A DNA stretch of 64,000 nt from Cycas panzhihuaensis (lineage: Eukaryota; Plantae; Cycadophyta): NCBI GenBank assembly GCA_023213395.1, contig CM041465.1, positions 53,575,741-53,639,740 on the forward strand, read 5' to 3'. The translations under genes and the position numbers were made by a program. A model generated the notes under the pieces. That model made no database searches and was not told the origin of the DNA. It saw only the letters and a list, made by a program, of their open reading frames with translations. This document shows positions 1 through 11,298 of this stretch, in pieces (the stretch's first letter is position 1; the number at the start of each line of letters is the position of its first letter).

Positions 1-687
1 GGGGGAATGAGGATGTGCTTAGAGTAGTAGTTTAGGCTTATTTCAGAGCGATAAAAGAGGAATCAGTGTGGCTGGCCTACACAGGGATAAGGATAGGTCA
101 CACGTAGAATGGAGATGGATGATGAAGGGCAGGCCCTGTATGGCTAGGCCTATAAGTAAAATGGTTTTGGTTAGAACCAAATAAGTGCGATGGACCTAAC
201 ACACAATGGATCACATGGTAAGGTTGCATCTAAGTAGGACTGACACTGGTCCTAGGTGAGGACCTAGAGCATGAAGAAGAGGTATCTCTATGAGTCGCTC
301 GTCGATGCAGATGCCTACATGAAGCCACTTAGGAAGGGTGGGAAGATGAAAGAGGTGGTTGGTTCAAAACCAATGGCTCGAGAGCTAATGTAGAATGAAG
401 AGAAGAGGGAATATCTTATTGGGATATCTCCCTAGGTGTGTGCAAAACCAAGGTGACTAGGTTTGGCTTATGACAAGGCATAAGTTCTAATTGGTAAAGG
501 TTGGTCTCTTGAAATGGGTCCCCATGGAAGGGATAACCTCCTTAGGATCACTATCTTCATCATCGAAGATAGCCTAGCATGCTAGGTGAGAAGTATGAGA
601 TAGTGGAGGCTCATGGATGACAACTTTAACTTGTCCTTCATGGACAAATTTAAGTTGCCCACAGTGTGAGGAGTAGATTTCTCCCAT

Positions 688-984
688 TTAGTTAAGCCAT
701 GGTTGGCCTACCAGGAGGTTATACTCTACATTGATATCGAGTACAACAACATCTATGGAAATAGTCTTCCCTCCTAAGGTGAGTGAAAGGGAGACTATCC
801 TTAATGGGGACTCCTTGGTCTTATCATATCCTTGGCATTTCCAAGGGATGAACTCAAGAGCTACTATGCCTAGCTCCTTAAGCATGTGCATAGGCATAGC
901 ATTAACCAAGAAGCCATTATCTATGATGGTCCTCTTTATGATAAAATCAAGGGTGTCAATAGAAATGACGAAAGGGTAATGCAA
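688..984 (-). pseudogene. Retrotransposon aspartic protease remnant
   Basis: RTIIDNGFLVNAMP resembles the LIDNGSxxN catalytic motif and YNLLVGQPWLN resembles YNLLLGRPWIH of Tat/Ogre proteases; stops nearby. Confidence 0.8.
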
Positions 985-2099
985 AAGCTTCTCTCATTTA
1001 CTGGGAGACAGGAGACCTTAAGGATCAAACGAGATAATAGGTGGTATATGGGAGGTGGTGCCTACTATATGGATGGAAGCATCTTGTTGGCTAAGAGCTT
1101 CAAGAAGAAGAGTGTATTGCTCAAAGCAACTTCTAAAGACATTCATCATGGACATCCCCGCGACCATAGTGTGAAACTCATCGATGATGGAGAAGGGCTT
1201 TCCTTTTGTGGTAGGTTGGAGAAGTGCCCTTCGAAAATCATAACGATAGGGACACACAAGAATGGTCTTAGGAAGCACAAGGATTTCTAAAGGAGGGACT
1301 TCCTAAGGAGGATTAAGGTGAGGAGTGGAAGAAGAGGCATTGGTTGCCTCTTTGGCTGCTTGGGACCGGGTTAAGGCATATAACGGTGTGGTCTTAAGTA
1401 TTTAAATGACTCTCTTTCCCTTATTTTGGGATTGAGAAGGAGAAGGAGTTTAGTGGTTAGGATAACCAGAAGAAGAGGAAGAGTTGCTTACACCCTTCCC
1501 TTTAGCTTACGAAGGGTGAGGGTTTGGGGACCTTCCTCTATTTCGATTACCCTTTTGATGAGTGTTGCGATCACGTTCCCCATGTTTAGGGAAATGATCC
1601 TTATGGATGGGTTGGTTTAGGTTGGGCTTAGATGCTCGTTTGTGGGAAGAGTCATGTTGTGGGATGGCTCTAGGGTGCTAGGCCCTACATTGTGAATTTC
1701 CGTAAAAGCATTCCCCATGGACGAAACACCACTTCTTCTCTAAGGAGGAATCTAGCTTCCTCATTTGAGAAGACTAGGTATTAGCACCCTTGGGGGGATC
1801 AGATTAGAAAGATTAGTGGACTGGCTTGTGGGAAGTGGGTGATGAAGGAGCTTAGAGTTTAAGCTCCTTTATGGTACATTTGTAAGAACGTATAGTGGAA
1901 GTTAAAGGATTTAAGGTCTTCTCTGTCAGATGAGATGAAGACCTAGGAGGCTATTGGACTTTCACATCGTGAGGTGGTGGAGGTGCCTCATGCCATTATG
2001 AGGACCTAAAAGGCCTCTTGAGACCCACTTAGATCTCAATGGCCTTGAGGGCCAAGCACTTAGCTATGGCGGAATCATACATTGTCACCCCCATTTTAA

Positions 2100-3663
2100 G
2101 GACTTCAACATGGACTTCACAATGAAGGGCATTAATAAAGAGATCTCACTTTAACTCCTCAGGCAAGGTTGCCTTCATGGATTGGAGAAGATCATGAAAG
2201 TGTCTCATAAAGTCATGATTCATCTCATCGTGACCTTGTTTAAGAGAGAAGACAACCTTCATTACATTCTCGAAAGGACAAGCTATATCAAAATAATTGA
2301 TGAACTCGTCAACGAGTTGTTAGAATGAGTGGATAGAGTGCACTGGAAGGAGATAGAACCATTTAAAGGCATTGCCTTTGAGGGAGTATAGAAAGAGTTT
2401 CATTAGGATATGGTTGTATGTCCAAAAATTGATGCACACCATAGAAAAACTTCTGACATGCTTTGTTGGGTCTTGTGAGGAGGTACCATCAAATTTAGGA
2501 ACCTCAAGAGGGTGAGGTGGTAAGACGATTCTTAGCGCCTCAATGGATAGAGGTGTTAATCTATAATCCATAAAGGGGTATGCCCTTGATTGGACCATAG
2601 GATCAATGAAAGATGGAAGAGGAGGTGGACAAGGTTGCTTGAATCCTCCTTAGGAGACTTAGTTTGAAAAGGGATATTGACTTCCTCCCATTTGGTGGGA
2701 AGGAGTTAATCTCACATTCAAAGGAATTTACATAGGGACAGATGGGTATGAAAGATCCATCCCCCTTGTGGATATGCTCATTGTTGGAAAGGAGCTAGAG
2801 AGGTGGTGCCTTGGGAGGAGGCTTGCCCCCCTTGCAAATGTGTAATATGAGAAAAAACACAAGAGGATGGAATGGCAGGGTGTGGAACTGGGTTTTGCCC
2901 ATATAGGCCACCTATAGGTGGTGTGATGCCATATGGATGCAAAAGATCCACTTCATAAATTAGAGGGGGTTTCCCTTACTGTGCCCCCATGGTTAAGAAG
3001 CATAACCTAGAGGTAAGTAAAGGGAATGATCCCTAAGTTTAGCTTGGGAATGTGTGGGAGCAGGCCCCACATGGCTAAAAGTAGGAGCATGCATAGGTCC
3101 CCTAGGTCTAACGGGAGGTGGATAGACTACAGTTGGTTGGGGTGTAGTTGTTTGACTAGAGAGAGGCATACTTAACCCAAGTTAGGAAGAGGATATGCCT
3201 TGGGTGGTCCCTAAGGAATGCAGACCATAGGGAGAGGAAGATGAAGTGAGGGACACTCTTATTATACGTAAGGGAGTCAAATGATATGGATAAGGTAGAG
3301 TAGATGTAGAAGAAGGAAGTGCAATGCTTCTCAAGATATCATCCAACTACTTAGGATGTGATTGGAGGCTAGTGACCTAAAAGCACTAGTTAAGGGCTTC
3401 CACAACATCTGTGAGAGGGGTGCCCACCTGATCATAAGAGGTGGAAGGGTCATTGTATGAGGCGAACCCCATAGGATGATCCTCATGATAGTCACCACCA
3501 AGATGGTGGAGTTCTAAAGGAGAAGATACCTCCACTTCATGAGTGGAGAGATGATGGACTTGTAAGTATTCTTGGTCACCTAGGTAAAATATAAGGTCCT
3601 TGCTCTTTTGGGTAAGCCCTTAGAAGGAAGTGGATGGCTCATGAGACTCAGAGACATAGGCAT
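2100..3663 (-). pseudogene. Ty3/gypsy gag remnant (proline-rich N-terminus plus Retrotrans_gag core)
   Basis: ORF 2320-2598 has the PKFDG-DP-H and KLFxxSLxGxAxxWF core; candidate start ATG at 3663-3661; many in-frame stops; lower boundary approximate. Confidence 0.75.
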
Positions 3664-3928
3664 GATATACCTAATCCAAAGGGAATCCCTCAATGGTCGA
3701 ATCAGAATCTGAAGAAGGAAGGGAATGATAGGAGGAGTCTTCCAACAAGGGAGGAAGACCTCATAAGCAACGCAAGAATCATCGCATATAAGTTTCCCCT
3801 AAAGATTGGAAGGAAAAGAGATGATGAGATGGTAAGCATTAGGGGCTGTCTAATAGATTGAGGAGAGCTATCGGGAAGGAGCTAGCACCAATATAAGAGG
3901 GAGAAAGGATTAATCCCTTACTAGCAGA

Positions 3929-3946
3929 TCCCTAGTATAGTTGTCA
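3929..3946 (-). other. Degenerate primer-binding site (tRNA-Arg type)
   Basis: Plus strand tccctagtatagttgtca matches tccccagtggagtcgcca (reverse complement of TGGCGACTCCACTGGGGA) at 13/18, mismatches mostly transitions; lies just upstream of gag. Confidence 0.55.
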
Positions 3947-6632
3947 GTGGAAATGCACCTCTGGGGGGGTGTCATTAGACTTTGACAAGATCAAGCCAAA
4001 TGACCAACGATTTCGGTGGCTATGGACCTATAATGGTAAGTGAAAGAAATCACCCACAAAGGGCATATGTGCATTGGAACATAGGTTCAAGACTAGTAAA
4101 TGGCACACAAACTCCTTTGAGGCAACTCTTCCTTGATACAGAGTAGTAGATGGATGAGGGATCTCCTCGATTTCTCAAGTAACCTCAAAAGAGGCCCTCC
4201 TATCCTTAGATGGGTAAAGGAGGGAGGAAAGATGTGAGAGAAAGGCTCCTCGCATGAAGGGATTATGGAAGGGATGATCCTTAATAAGAAAAGAGGAGAA
4301 ACACGCAAATAAGCCTAAGGTGGCTTGCTACGTGAGTGGTGGAGATGGTGGTTGGTTTTACAAGCTAGGCATTGACCTAAAGACCAAAGAAGGATGGTCT
4401 AGCCTAGAGAAACAAGAAAAATAAAGTGAATGACCTTGAGAGGAGGTGCTCTCAAGGGGCCAAACCTAAAGAGGATTCTAGGAGTGGTAAGTCAATAAAA
4501 AGGGTTGTCTTTGTGTTTGTCTTTGTTTTGTATACAGTAAAGAAATGCAAAGTGAGAGTGTGGTATTTATGGTAATGTTGTGTGTTTATATTTAAAAGAA
4601 ATTACTTTTTTAAGGTAAGAAAACAACACAAATCTCTCTCTCTCTCGTTTACTCATGCACACAACCTTACTCTCTTTGTTTTTCTAAATGCAAGAAGGGG
4701 GAGTAAAAGAGATTGCCTTATGACCTGAAGCTCATGCAAAGAGTGCAAAGTTACTAGGTAACATGCAACAGAATGGGCAAGGCATGTGCCTATTAGTGCC
4801 TAGATTTCCACTATGTGAGCTTTGCAAAAAAATAAACAAGCAAAGTGCAAGAGATCTAAACCAAACTTTTTCATTTCTTTTTTGCCCAAAAGATATTCAA
4901 AAAAGGGGAAAAAAGAATAAAGGAAAAAGGCTAGGGAAAGAGGGTCACATATGAGACGCAGTGGCTGAAGTAGCACTACCCTCACCACACCTACAATCCT
5001 CACCCTTCTCCTAACTGTGGATGGTGCAACAGAAGGAGTGCCGATAAAGAAAGGGGGCTTTCTTACCTTTCCTCGAAATCAAAAAGGAGAAAGGAAATAT
5101 AGTAAAAGAAAACATAAAGACTATTGCAACACCACTTCATAATTTTAAGAGTAAAAGAAAGTAACTATTAAAAGAAGGGGAACATACCTAGGACAAAGTC
5201 CCCTTTTCCTTCAAGTGCAAATAAAAACCTATAACCAACGAGGTTCACCCTCTGCCAGAGGGTACCAAACATACGTGGGATAAATATATAAAATGAAAAG
5301 TGACAAGATATGACTATCTTAATTAAAAGAAATATATTTAATATCAATATCACTCCTTGTGCTTCATATGTTATTTAGTATACAATATGGGAAAGGGGGG
5401 AAAGAGAACGAGGAAGGGTGGTTAGCCTCAGAATGGATAACCCTCCAAATCAAAGGTGCTCCATATTGCCCCCAAGTACCAAAATGAAGGGGTAAACAAA
5501 TGCAAGTAAGCTTCTAGAAATATGAGCAAAAGCGACAAGAAATATTATGAACATTGCTAATGTTGCAAAGTTGCAACATGCAACTCTTGCAAGTTTTGCA
5601 AGGTTAAAATCAAGGGACAAAAAGAAATATGGAGTGGAGGACGAAACCCCACCTATGTAGGATCTATTGTGTTGGTTGCAAGTGTAGTAATAGGCTACCT
5701 ACACTGTTGCCAGTAATGATTTACTCTCTAATGGTCCTTTGGTATCTCCAGGGAGGTATGGAGAAGGAGAGGTAAGGAGAGAAGGGGGCTGCCCTTGAGG
5801 AGAAGGCATGTTAGGTGCAGGACCCAGCCTATGGCTCCTTTCACTCTCCATGGATACCTCTTCTTTGTTGCCTCCTTGAAGAAACTAGGAAGGAACCAAA
5901 AGAAGGAGAAGATAGGTTAAGGAAAAGGAGGGTTTGCCTCCCATTACAATGGAAAGGAAAGAAGAAAGTTACTGCAAAAAAAAGTACTAGAAAAAATATC
6001 TATATTACTTAAGGTAAAGGAAACCAAAACCTGACTTGAGAGTACCTATTATAAGCAGATCTGAGGTAGATCTACCTATGAAATTGGGTGAGGAAGCAGG
6101 TGTGAAAATGGGCATTAAGCCACATTAGTCCCAAGATCATAAGTAAAAGCATAATACCACAAATGCATGAAGCATAAAACATAAAGAACACAAAGAGAAA
6201 TAGGAGCAAGATCAAGATACCAGAAATGGGGGGTTGGAATTAGTCCAACCACCAAAGAATGCTTCAGCTTGATTAGCAACCGAAATAACATTGAGCTCTT
6301 CCTCTCTAGATGAGCAACAATGAAGAGAGGCCTCTTTAAATAGAAGAAGATGACAGGCCAAAGGCTATTACATGATTGACAAGTGTCAATCATGCAATGC
6401 ATGCTTGCATGTAGGACAAGTGTCCATTGGGAGCTCATGTGAGCAAAAGTGCAAGGGGGTCATTTGACCCTTAAGTTACAACGTTATGCCACTAGAAATA
6501 AAGTGGGTGTGTACTTTATTACTTAAGTGATAAAGTTACACCTAAAGTACAAAAGTATAAAAGTGCACACATAATACAAGAATAGAAAGTACATTAGCTT
6601 AACATTATAAACATAAGGTAAACCATGAGGTT

Positions 6633-6741
6633 AGAACTCATTCATTATCAAGAGATTTTTTGTGATTCTTTTCCATTCTTGATAATTTGGTTGCCCCATT
6701 AGCCTTATGGTATATGCGTTAAGCATGTTTATAGCAGCCAT
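6633..6741 (-). pseudogene. Truncated copia gag N-terminus
   Basis: Manual translation from ATG at 6741: MAAINMLNAYTIRLMGQPNYQEWKRITKNLLIMNEF, matching the copia gag LxGxNYxxWK..L motif. Confidence 0.7.
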
Positions 6742-8019
6742 CTTTCCACTTGATTAACACTTGAAGCTAGCGGATAACTTGGAAACTCAAAGCTTTCGTC
6801 GCTTAAGTTCCACCTTCTAACAAGACCAACAGTCCTAATCTTACTAGAAGATCCAACAACTGAATGGAATGATGAGGGGTGGAGGACTAAGATATAGAGT
6901 TGGTCCAACTTGATCTTATAGAGAAGATCCAAATGTTGACCAAGTTAAATCTAGGACAAGGCAGGTAGGGTTGATCTACATGGACGTACCATGCTTTCCA
7001 CAGGATTCATGTACCAATAACACCCTTTTTCGAACCTCCTTTCCCTCAAGCAACCTTAATTGTCGGCAATCGACTGCACGGTCGGTTGGTCCCCTAGGGA
7101 ATGCACCAAGCTTAAGGTTAATTTAGAGGCAAAGTTTGAACCTTTTTCGAGCCTCTCCAACAGATTTTAAATTCACTTTTAAATAAGTCTAAGTGAATTT
7201 TTAATATCTTCTTACTTGGATTTTTATGCCTTTTTGGCTTACAAAGAATGCTTCTTAAGAAGCAATGAGAGAATGAGCACAAAAAAAGATTTTAAGTGCT
7301 TTATGATCCAAGTGAGGTGCTATGTATACTTGAGTACAGTGATAAAGTACTTTGAGTACTTAAAAGAAAATGATGTAAGGAACCTTTAATGAAAACAACA
7401 AAAGAGGGTTCCTTTTAACCTTCAAGATCTGATGAAGTGATGAAGCCATAAGAAAGGTGTACTCAAGAAATGCTCCAAAGCCAACACAAACTCCACGCAA
7501 AGAATCGTTGAGACTTAAAATGTATCAACAATCCAACAAGAAAATTGTGATTTTATTAAGTTTCACAATGAGCCTTCCCCTTTTTGAACTTAAGAAGGCC
7601 AAGGTCACCATGCAAGGTGCCAAAAAATGAAGTTAGGTGGTAATTTTTTTCACCTTTACAATGTAGATATGCCTTTTGATTACTTTAATTAAGCTCAATG
7701 ATGCTTTAATAGCATGAAAGTATGCTAAAAGAGCTTAAAACAGTAAGTACAAAAAGGTACTTTTAAGAACCACTTAAAAAAAAACTTTATAAGTGAGATT
7801 AAATCTCACTAAACGGAAACAAATTTCTTAAGATAATCAAGACTGCCAATGTCTGTAAAAAAAAAATCTTCAAGTAGGCCCAGCTATAAAAACTTAAAGT
7901 CTTTTAAGACTCCCCCCTTGAGAAATTTAAAAAAATTCTCTTAAAACCTTAAAAAAAATTGATTCACATGAGCATATTGTTGAAAATATGCTATCAAGAG
8001 GTTGATTTTTCAATGCTAA

Positions 8020-8650
8020 GCTGGCACTGCTGACTGGGCGGACCGACCGGGCCTACCGACCGGGCGTGAGCCGAGTTGGCACTGCTCGAGTTGGCGTGCT
8101 TCGACCGGCACCGTGATGATGTAGCACTTCATCGAGTTGGCGCGTGCTTGACTAGGCACTGTGATGATGTCTCAAAGAATGATACCGGCTTGATGACCGA
8201 GCTTCACGAGAGGGCGATGATGCAGTGTGCTAAAGTCGGACATAAGTCGAGTTAGCGCAGTGAACTCAAGCAGGCCGAAATGATGACGAAGTCGAGTTAG
8301 CAGTGTGAAGATAGCAGTATGCTCAGCTGGACATGAGCCGAAGTTAGCAGGTGAACTCGCAGCAGGCCGAAATGACATAAGCTGAGTTGGCAGTGTGAAT
8401 GCTGCTGGTGTCGTGTCCGACTCAAAGAATGAGTTGAGTTGGCACCGAAATGCCGGATGTAAAGGGCAGTGTGATTAGTTGTCTGCTGAGTTGGCAGTAT
8501 GACTGGGCGCTGCCTGCTATGCTGGCTGGACAGCGCTGAGTGGGCAGCCTGCTGACTGGGCTGGAACTGATTGGGCAGCCTGCTGACTAGGCTGGCTCAC
8601 TGGGCTGTGTGCTGCTGCTGACTGGGCTTGGCTCTTGCTGACTGGGCGCC
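8020..8650. repeat. GC-rich degenerate tandem repeats in the copia 5' leader
   Basis: Recurrent GAGTT(G/A)GC(A/G) and CTGCTGACTGGGC-like units; many CpGs, unlike the rest of the window. Confidence 0.8.
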
Positions 8651-11171
8651 TTGAATCTTCTTCTGTGCAGGGTTTGAACAGACCTTGCATGCAGGTCCTT
8701 TATGCACAGCAGAAATGGACAGGCACAGAAATGGGCTTCTTCAAGTGCAGGGACAGAGGATAGTCCAGTGCACAGATTTCAAGAACAGATGACAAAGATA
8801 ATAAACTAACAGTGCTGAAACAAACTAAGTTCAGAAACCTTTCAGCTCTGATACCAAATGTGAAAATGGGCATTAAGCCACATTAGTCCCAAGATCATAA
8901 GTAAAAGCACAATACCACAAATGCATGAAGTATAAAACATAAAGAACACAAAGAGAAATAGGAGCAAGATGAAGATACCAGAAATGGGGGGTTGGAATTA
9001 GTCTAACCACCAAAGAATGCTTCAGCTTGATTAGCAAACTGACATAATAACAATGAGCTCCTCCTCTCTAGATGAGCAACAATGAAGAGAGGCCTCTTTA
9101 AATAGAAGAAGATGAGAGGTTGAAGGCTATTGCATGATTGACAAGTGTCAATCATGCAATGCATGCTTGCATGTAGGACAAGTGTCCATTGGGAGCTCAT
9201 GTGAGCAAAAGTGCAAGGGGTCATTTGACCCTTGTTACAATGTTATGTCACTAGACATAAGTGGGTGCATTTTATCACTTAAGTGATAAAGTTACACCTA
9301 AAGTACAAAAGTGCAAAAGTGCACACATAATACAAGAATAGAAAGTACATTAGCTTAACATTATAAACATAAGGTAAACCATGAGGTTTAACAGCAGGCC
9401 CTATGGGGTTTGTAGGAGAGGATCCCAATGGTTCAGCAAATAGAGATAAAATTAGAATAAGAAAGAGGGTTGGAGCTTGATGGAGTATTTGGAGCACAAT
9501 CTTCCCTTGGCTGGCCACGTTACAGATCTGCAACCCACGTGTCTTAAGCTGTAGGAGGCTGGTGGCAGCTGACTGAGAATTAGGTGTAGCAGAACTTGAT
9601 ACTATTTGCAGGGCATTTTGGAGGAGATAGTGGTAAAAAATGAATGAGAGAGAGAGGAAATGAGGGTGTTTTTGGGTTTTTAAACCCAACCGTAACTCAA
9701 TCAAGCGATTATGGTTTGACCTAGGTAAGGAACAAGTCACTACCACATGGCAATTTCGTAATAAGTGCAAAATTATCCATGGAAAATTTTAAAAAATGAT
9801 TATGGATAGTCGCCCCATGGTAAACTTCACAGTACCACAAAGTTTACAATGGTATCATGAAGTTTAATATGGTGTGGCAGAAACAAAGCAAAAAGAGAGA
9901 AAATTAAGCCCAAAAGCTCCAAAAGAGGGGGAAACTAAGGCCCAAGGAGGTATGGTTTTGTATCCAAGTGGTAAAAAGGGGGTTCTGGGACTTAGAGAGA
10001 CCACAACGAGTAATAAATGAAAGTAAAAGGTTCCCCAAAAGGATAATGAGTGGACGTAAGGTGACAACCAGGCCTAGGCAGGGTGTTAAGGGTCATGATG
10101 CATCAGTGGGTGATGTGGTGTGGGCTACGGAAGCCAAACAATACTTGGGGACATTGTGGAGACATGGAGGAGGGTTGTGGAGCACCATGGGATATGTATC
10201 CCTAGATCGTCATATGCTAAAAAGGTGCAGAGATGTAGTGTGGTCAGGCAATGGATGTATAGTGGTTGTGTAGTGAATCAATCATCATGTAATGTAGGTG
10301 AAGTACCTCAATCTACCTTTTCTAAAATTGAGAAGGGTAGGGATAGAAGCATACTTGTACTTAACTAAGTCGACTTGCCCATGTCCATTCCCGGTAGCTG
10401 GTTAATAGCTATAATGTCACATTTATAATCATCTTTATTAATCCCATATAAATATTTTTCTCTTGGTTAAGTGTGCATATCTCTTTCCCTAACTAATGGG
10501 GTATTACACTAATTTTAAATTCTCTTTATTCATTCAATAGAATGAAATTCCCTCTACAATAAAGAGGGTTTACTTAATTTAATATAGATAATTAATTTTC
10601 ATTCTCTATTCTAGAGTGTTATAGGCCTTTAGTTTATGAATAGTCCTCATGAAATGATTTATATTTTGTTTTCCTAAAATAAGGCATAAAGTTTTTCTAA
10701 AAGAAATTAGCCAATAGCTAACAAGTTATCTTTTTCTTTAATACTTCCATCAATCTTGTATTAATATACTATGGGATTTTAAATTCAATGAGATTTAAAT
10801 GGAAGTGTGAAAAGGAAGTATATGTTACCTTCTTTTACACTCAATCGATCAATAGGATAAAATAGATGCTCTAATTGAAATGCCCTTTAGATGATTTGGT
10901 TATCCATGGCCTTTTAAAACAGTAGGAGATAATTTTAGAAGGATCTTATTTATGTTCTTATATTTAACTATATTTTTTATGTTGCATGATGTATTCATTA
11001 ATTTCAAGGCTATTGGAGGACTTAGATGCAATTGTCCCAACTTTTGTCAAGAATATTCTAAATAAAAGAAAAAGGGTATGAATTTAGAATATTGATACTG
11101 AATGGATACTTATTATAGTCTAACCAAATATTGAACTTCATACTCTTTTTATTTTTCCTTTTCTTTCTTTC

Positions 11172-11267
11172 TTTTTTTTTTTTTTTTTATATGTGTGTGT
11201 GGGGGGGGGGGGTCAGGGTAGGTATGGGCATGTGTGTTTGTGAGTGTATGTGTGTGTGTGTGTGTGT

Positions 11268-11297
<30 letters not shown>
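11172..11297. repeat. Compound microsatellite T-run / G-run / (TG)n
   Basis: Directly visible; paralogue at 49085-49193. Confidence 0.95.

Positions 11298-11298
<1 letters not shown>

Larger units (their letters stand above)
6101..9393 (-). mobile_element. Internally deleted Ty1/copia element nested in the gypsy LTR
   Basis: Direct repeats 6101-6632 and 8859-9393 (TG...CA); TSD GCAGG at 6096-6100 and 9394-9398; tRNA-iMet PBS (gctctgatacca, 8845-8856); ~36 codons of gag fused directly to the 3' LTR. Confidence 0.93.
1..10407 (-). mobile_element. 5' portion of a degenerate Ty3/gypsy LTR retrotransposon, Ogre/Tat-like (5' LTR, PBS, gag, protease); runs off the left edge
   Basis: Minus-strand gag remnant 2320-2598 (LEVPKFDG...DPTKHV...LMKLFLYSLKGNAFKWF) and protease remnant 688-984 (IIDNGFLVN...YNLLVGQPWL); degenerate tRNA-Arg-type PBS at 3929-3946; long LTR whose distal kb matches 63005-64000 in reverse complement. 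Confidence 0.8.
3948..10407 (-). repeat. 5' LTR of the Ogre/Tat-like element (~3.2 kb once the nested copia is removed)
   Basis: Bounded by the PBS on the left; on the right, homology to the 63005 LTR start ends where homology to duplication copy 2 (48310) begins. Confidence 0.6.

Noticed and set aside
731-1620. Plus-strand ORFs of 64-134 aa
   Set aside because: Antisense shadows of the minus-strand gag/protease region.
8020-8650. Interspaced repeats as a CRISPR-like array
   Set aside because: Units are short, degenerate and irregularly spaced, spacers are not unique, and the context is a plant retrotransposon leader with no cas genes.
6115-9770. Paired MSSQWTLVLHASMH ORFs and the 163-aa ORF 9279-9770
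   Set aside because: They lie in LTRs; the 163-aa frame crosses an insertion junction, so it is accidental.
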